Origin: Candidatus Izemoplasmatales bacterium
GTDB taxonomy: Bacteria; Bacillota_I; Bacilli_A; Izemoplasmatales; Hujiaoplasmataceae
Assembly (NCBI GenBank): GCA_050177605.1
Contig: JBFXGX010000031.1
Span: 1-18,458 of the forward strand
Length of the DNA stretch: 18,458 nt
Direction: 5' to 3'
Part shown: positions 15,915 to 18,458 of the stretch, in pieces
Layout: each line of letters opens with the position of its first letter
Position numbering within the stretch: the stretch's first letter is position 1
Made by a program: the position numbers and the translations under genes
The notes under the pieces: generated by a model
Told to the model about the DNA's origin: nothing
The model's database searches: none
Seen by the model: the letters and a program-made list of their open reading frames with translations, nothing else

Positions 15915-17219
15915 ATGATCAAATATCAAAAAGCAGAAAGTATGCATTTACATCAGGCAACTAACTTTGCATTCATTCAAAATGCAATCAAAGAAAATCA
16001 TAGTTCTTATTTATCAGGAAGTATGGATTATTTAAGTAAAGATTTTACGGAATCCATCAAAAACGGATCGTTATATCTCGCGGTAGAAGATGAAACAATT
16101 ATCGGACTCCTCGATACCTTTTATTTAGCGCATCTTAACCGGTATGATACGTCTCTTCTTGTCGATTCAAACGCTGACTTTAACAAAGTCGCAAGTTCCT
16201 TATTTCGTCTTTCTCGTAGCCATGCTCATCCAAAAGCGACCTATTCCTTCTTTTTCTCAACGTATAATCAAAGATTATCTCATTTCCTTCTTTCTGAGAA
16301 TGCAAAGAAACAAGTAGGCGAATATGGACTTCAGTGTGTTGTAGAAAAAACGGAAGGGTATGAGGACTATTTGATTATCGAAAAGGAGGATATCGCTTCC
16401 TTTACAGCACTATTTAACGAAATTTTTCCTGATATATATAAAACACCGGAAACAATTATCAATCATCTTGGTCAAAGTGCAGAGGTTTTACTTTACAAAG
16501 AGAATCAAGAAATTCTTGGATTTTGTGTACTTGATTTGCATCCTTCTTCCGAAGTGATTGAAATGCTCGGGGTAAAAGAATCCATGCGCGGAAAAGGAAT
16601 TGGTCGAAGATTGTTAAGACAAGTGAAACGTTACATTAAGGACCAAAACTTACCGCTTCTGTTGAAACTGATCGTTGATACCGACAATCAAAATGCTTTA
16701 AAACTCTATTTTGATGAAGGTTTTGTAGTTGAGTTTCTTAATGTTCATTTTCTTTATGAAGACGGACTTCAAAGAGGAACATTTTCTCCAATTACAATTG
16801 ATGATGTGAGGGAGATTTCTTCATGGAAGTATGAGGGATATTTACGAGACATCATCATGACTCCTTACTTTGATAATTACGCTCAAAATAAGCCTTTAAG
16901 AGGATTTGAAAATGCCTCTGCTTATTCCTTTTTTTGGAACGGGGAGTTATTTGCACTTCTTGAACTATATCAAAGAGTTGGTGGCATTGAGTTAGGAATT
17001 GCACTGGCTCCAAAATTTACAGGTCTCTCTCTTTCTTATGATTATTTAGATCAAGTCATTTCTTTCATTAAAGAAATTCGAAGGTCAGATGATAACTACG
17101 TCTACGTTCGAGCTGACCTAGGGCATACTCAAGCAAATCATCTCTATCAAAAATATGGATTTGTGGAAGTTAGCAAAGATGAAGACGCTATTTTATATCA
17201 ACTGAAGATCATCGCGTAA
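15915..17219 (+). CDS. Multi-domain GNAT acetyltransferase
   Basis: Central GNAT (LGVKESMRGKGIGRRLL, NQNALKLYFDEGF), C-terminal GNAT (LGIALAPKFTG, ANHLYQKYGF) and a degenerate N-terminal GNAT-like region. GGAG RBS at 15902-15905. Confidence 0.85.
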   Translation: MIKYQKAESMHLHQATNFAFIQNAIKENHSSYLSGSMDYLSKDFTESIKNGSLYLAVEDETIIGLLDTFYLAHLNRYDTSLLVDSNADFNKVASSLFRLSRSHAHPKATYSFFFSTYNQRLSHFLLSENAKKQVGEYGLQCVVEKTEGYEDYLIIEKEDIASFTALFNEIFPDIYKTPETIINHLGQSAEVLLYKENQEILGFCVLDLHPSSEVIEMLGVKESMRGKGIGRRLLRQVKRYIKDQNLPLLLKLIVDTDNQNALKLYFDEGFVVEFLNVHFLYEDGLQRGTFSPITIDDVREISSWKYEGYLRDIIMTPYFDNYAQNKPLRGFENASAYSFFWNGELFALLELYQRVGGIELGIALAPKFTGLSLSYDYLDQVISFIKEIRRSDDNYVYVRADLGHTQANHLYQKYGFVEVSKDEDAILYQLKIIA

Positions 17220-17247
17220 AACACAGATTATTTCTGTGTTTTTTTTA
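17218..17247 (+). terminator. Intrinsic terminator
   Basis: AAACACAGA / TCTGTGTTT stem followed by a long T run. Confidence 0.85.
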
Positions 17248-17267
17248 TGATTTTGAGTGTAAGTACC

Positions 17268-17296
17268 TTGACAGGCATAGTACTAAGGACTATAAT
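17268..17296 (+). promoter_or_regulatory. Consensus sigma-A promoter of degV with an overlapping inverted repeat
   Basis: TTGACA (17268-17273), 17 bp, TATAAT (17291-17296). ATAGT-N7-ACTAT at 17277-17293. Confidence 0.85.
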
Positions 17297-17331
17297 ACTA
17301 TGTGTGATAGAGTACTTAAGGAGTGATTATT

Positions 17332-18177
17332 TTGAAAGTAGCAATTTTAACCGATTCTGCAGCGAATTTAACGAAAGAATATATCGACTTACATAAAAAC
17401 TTATTTGTCGTTCCTCTGGTCATCAGTATTGATGGTAAAGAATACCGAGATGGCGTAGAAATCAGTGCAACTGAAATCTATGAGAAACTTGAAAATCATC
17501 AAGTCAAAACAAGCTTACCTTTTGGATCAGACGTATGGGAAATTTTAGATGAAATTAAGAAACAAGGATATACAGATCTTGTGGTGATTAATATCTCTTC
17601 TGGATTATCTGGAACATATAATTCCATTCGATTAGCTCTAGCTAGCCTTGAAGGTATGAATGTAATTCATTATGATACTTTAACCCTAGCTGGGGGAGAA
17701 GGCCTTCTAGTAGAATATGCCGTTGAATTAATTGAGAAGGGAACACCTGTTAGTGAGTTAAAACCTTTATTAGATCAAGCCAGGTTTGAGGATTCAATTG
17801 CTTTTTATACGATTAATACCCTAAAATATTTAAGAAGAGGTGGTCGTATTGGAAAAGTAGAAGGAACATTGGGCGACATCTTACATATTAAACCGGTCAT
17901 CACCGTCAATAATGAAGGTGAATACATTACTTTGAGTAAAGGGTTTGGATTAAATCGTGCACTCATTACGATGAAAACGATTCTAACCGAGAAATTCGGT
18001 CAAGACTTAATTGATTTAGTAATACATTATGGTCTTGATTATGAAGGGGCCCTTTCTCTAGGAGAAAAACTTAAAGGTGTACTGAATGTTCGTCAGTTAA
18101 CGGTTGTACAGTTAACACCAGTCCTGGGAGTACATACAGGACCAGATATGGTTGCCTATATCGCAAGAAGAGTATAA
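17332..18177 (+). CDS. DegV family fatty acid-binding protein (FakB-like)
   Basis: KVAILTDSAANL, KTSLP, ISSGLSGTYNS, LRRGGRIG, IKPVI, LGVHTGP. AAGGAG RBS favours TTG 17332. Confidence 0.95.
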   Translation: MKVAILTDSAANLTKEYIDLHKNLFVVPLVISIDGKEYRDGVEISATEIYEKLENHQVKTSLPFGSDVWEILDEIKKQGYTDLVVINISSGLSGTYNSIRLALASLEGMNVIHYDTLTLAGGEGLLVEYAVELIEKGTPVSELKPLLDQARFEDSIAFYTINTLKYLRRGGRIGKVEGTLGDILHIKPVITVNNEGEYITLSKGFGLNRALITMKTILTEKFGQDLIDLVIHYGLDYEGALSLGEKLKGVLNVRQLTVVQLTPVLGVHTGPDMVAYIARRV

Positions 18178-18204
18178 ACTTCCTATTGAAAGGAAGTTTT
18201 TTTT
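18176..18204 (+). terminator. Intrinsic terminator of degV
   Basis: AAACTTCCT / AGGAAGTTT stem followed by a T run. Confidence 0.85.
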
Positions 18205-18215
18205 ACTTTTGCAAA

Positions 18216-18244
18216 TTGAAAAGAATGAATAAATAAGATATAAT
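18216..18244 (+). promoter_or_regulatory. Promoter of the tRNA gene
   Basis: TTGAAA (18216-18221), 17 bp, TATAAT (18239-18244). Confidence 0.75.
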
Positions 18245-18258
18245 AGATGATGTTATAT

Positions 18259-18333
18259 TGGGCTATTGCCAAGTGGTTAAGGCATCGGATTCTGACTCCG
18301 ACACCGAGAGTTCGAATCTCTCTAGCCCTGCCA
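18259..18333 (+). tRNA. tRNA-Gln (anticodon CTG), CCA encoded
   Basis: Cloverleaf: acceptor TGGGCTA/TAGCCCT, D arm GCC/GGC, anticodon arm TCGGA-TTCTGAC-TCCGA, T arm GAGAG-TTCGAAT-CTCTC, discriminator G, then CCA. Confidence 0.96.
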
Positions 18334-18346
18334 TATAACAAGCATT

Positions 18347-18378
18347 AGTCTGATACAATTAGGTATCAGGCTTTTTTT
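18347..18378 (+). terminator. Intrinsic terminator after the tRNA
   Basis: AGTCTGATAC / GTATCAGGCT stem followed by a T run. Confidence 0.85.
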
Positions 18379-18458
18379 GCTTTAATAAGGGCTTTTTATC
18401 AATTTGAAGAGGTGATATTAATATGAAAAGTAACCAAAAACAAGGATAAAAATCGATA

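Noticed and set aside
15912..15917. Amber readthrough (TAG-ATG in frame) joining the cupin fusion and the GNAT
   Set aside because: The downstream gene has its own GGAG RBS, and no pyrrolysine machinery or suppressor tRNA is in the window. Translational coupling is sufficient.
1..18458. Prophage, IS, integron or CRISPR array
   Set aside because: No integrase or transposase, no regularly spaced repeats and no attC-like pattern. The intergenic hairpins are ordinary terminators.

Overview
AT-rich bacterial chromosomal segment in genetic code 11 (TGA acts as a stop, Trp is TGG). Gene style (InlB/BspA-type lipoprotein, DegV, sigma-A promoters) suggests a low-GC Bacillota or non-mycoplasma Mollicutes lineage such as Acholeplasmatales/Izemoplasmatales; this is inference. 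Contents in order: partial GNAT; frameshifted lipoprotein; NiCo (czcD) riboswitch with terminator ahead of a CDF metal exporter; MsrQ/ferric-reductase-like membrane gene divergent from a Crp/Fnr (HcpR-like) regulator and a DUF438/hemerythrin-PAS gene, with a palindromic operator between them; P-loop kinase-like gene; InlB-repeat/LRR lipoprotein; small hypothetical; XRE regulator; LURP-one protein; GH13 glycosidase; NAGPA-membrane protein-GT2/GtrA operon with a direct-repeat box; queG; membrane protein-cupin fusion; multi-GNAT; degV; tRNA-Gln(CUG) with a U1-U72 mismatch. No mobile element or CRISPR array is visible. The most system-like signal is the Crp/Fnr module, whose operator sits at about -41.5 of the reductase promoter and over the regulator's own predicted start site, next to a riboswitch-controlled metal exporter.
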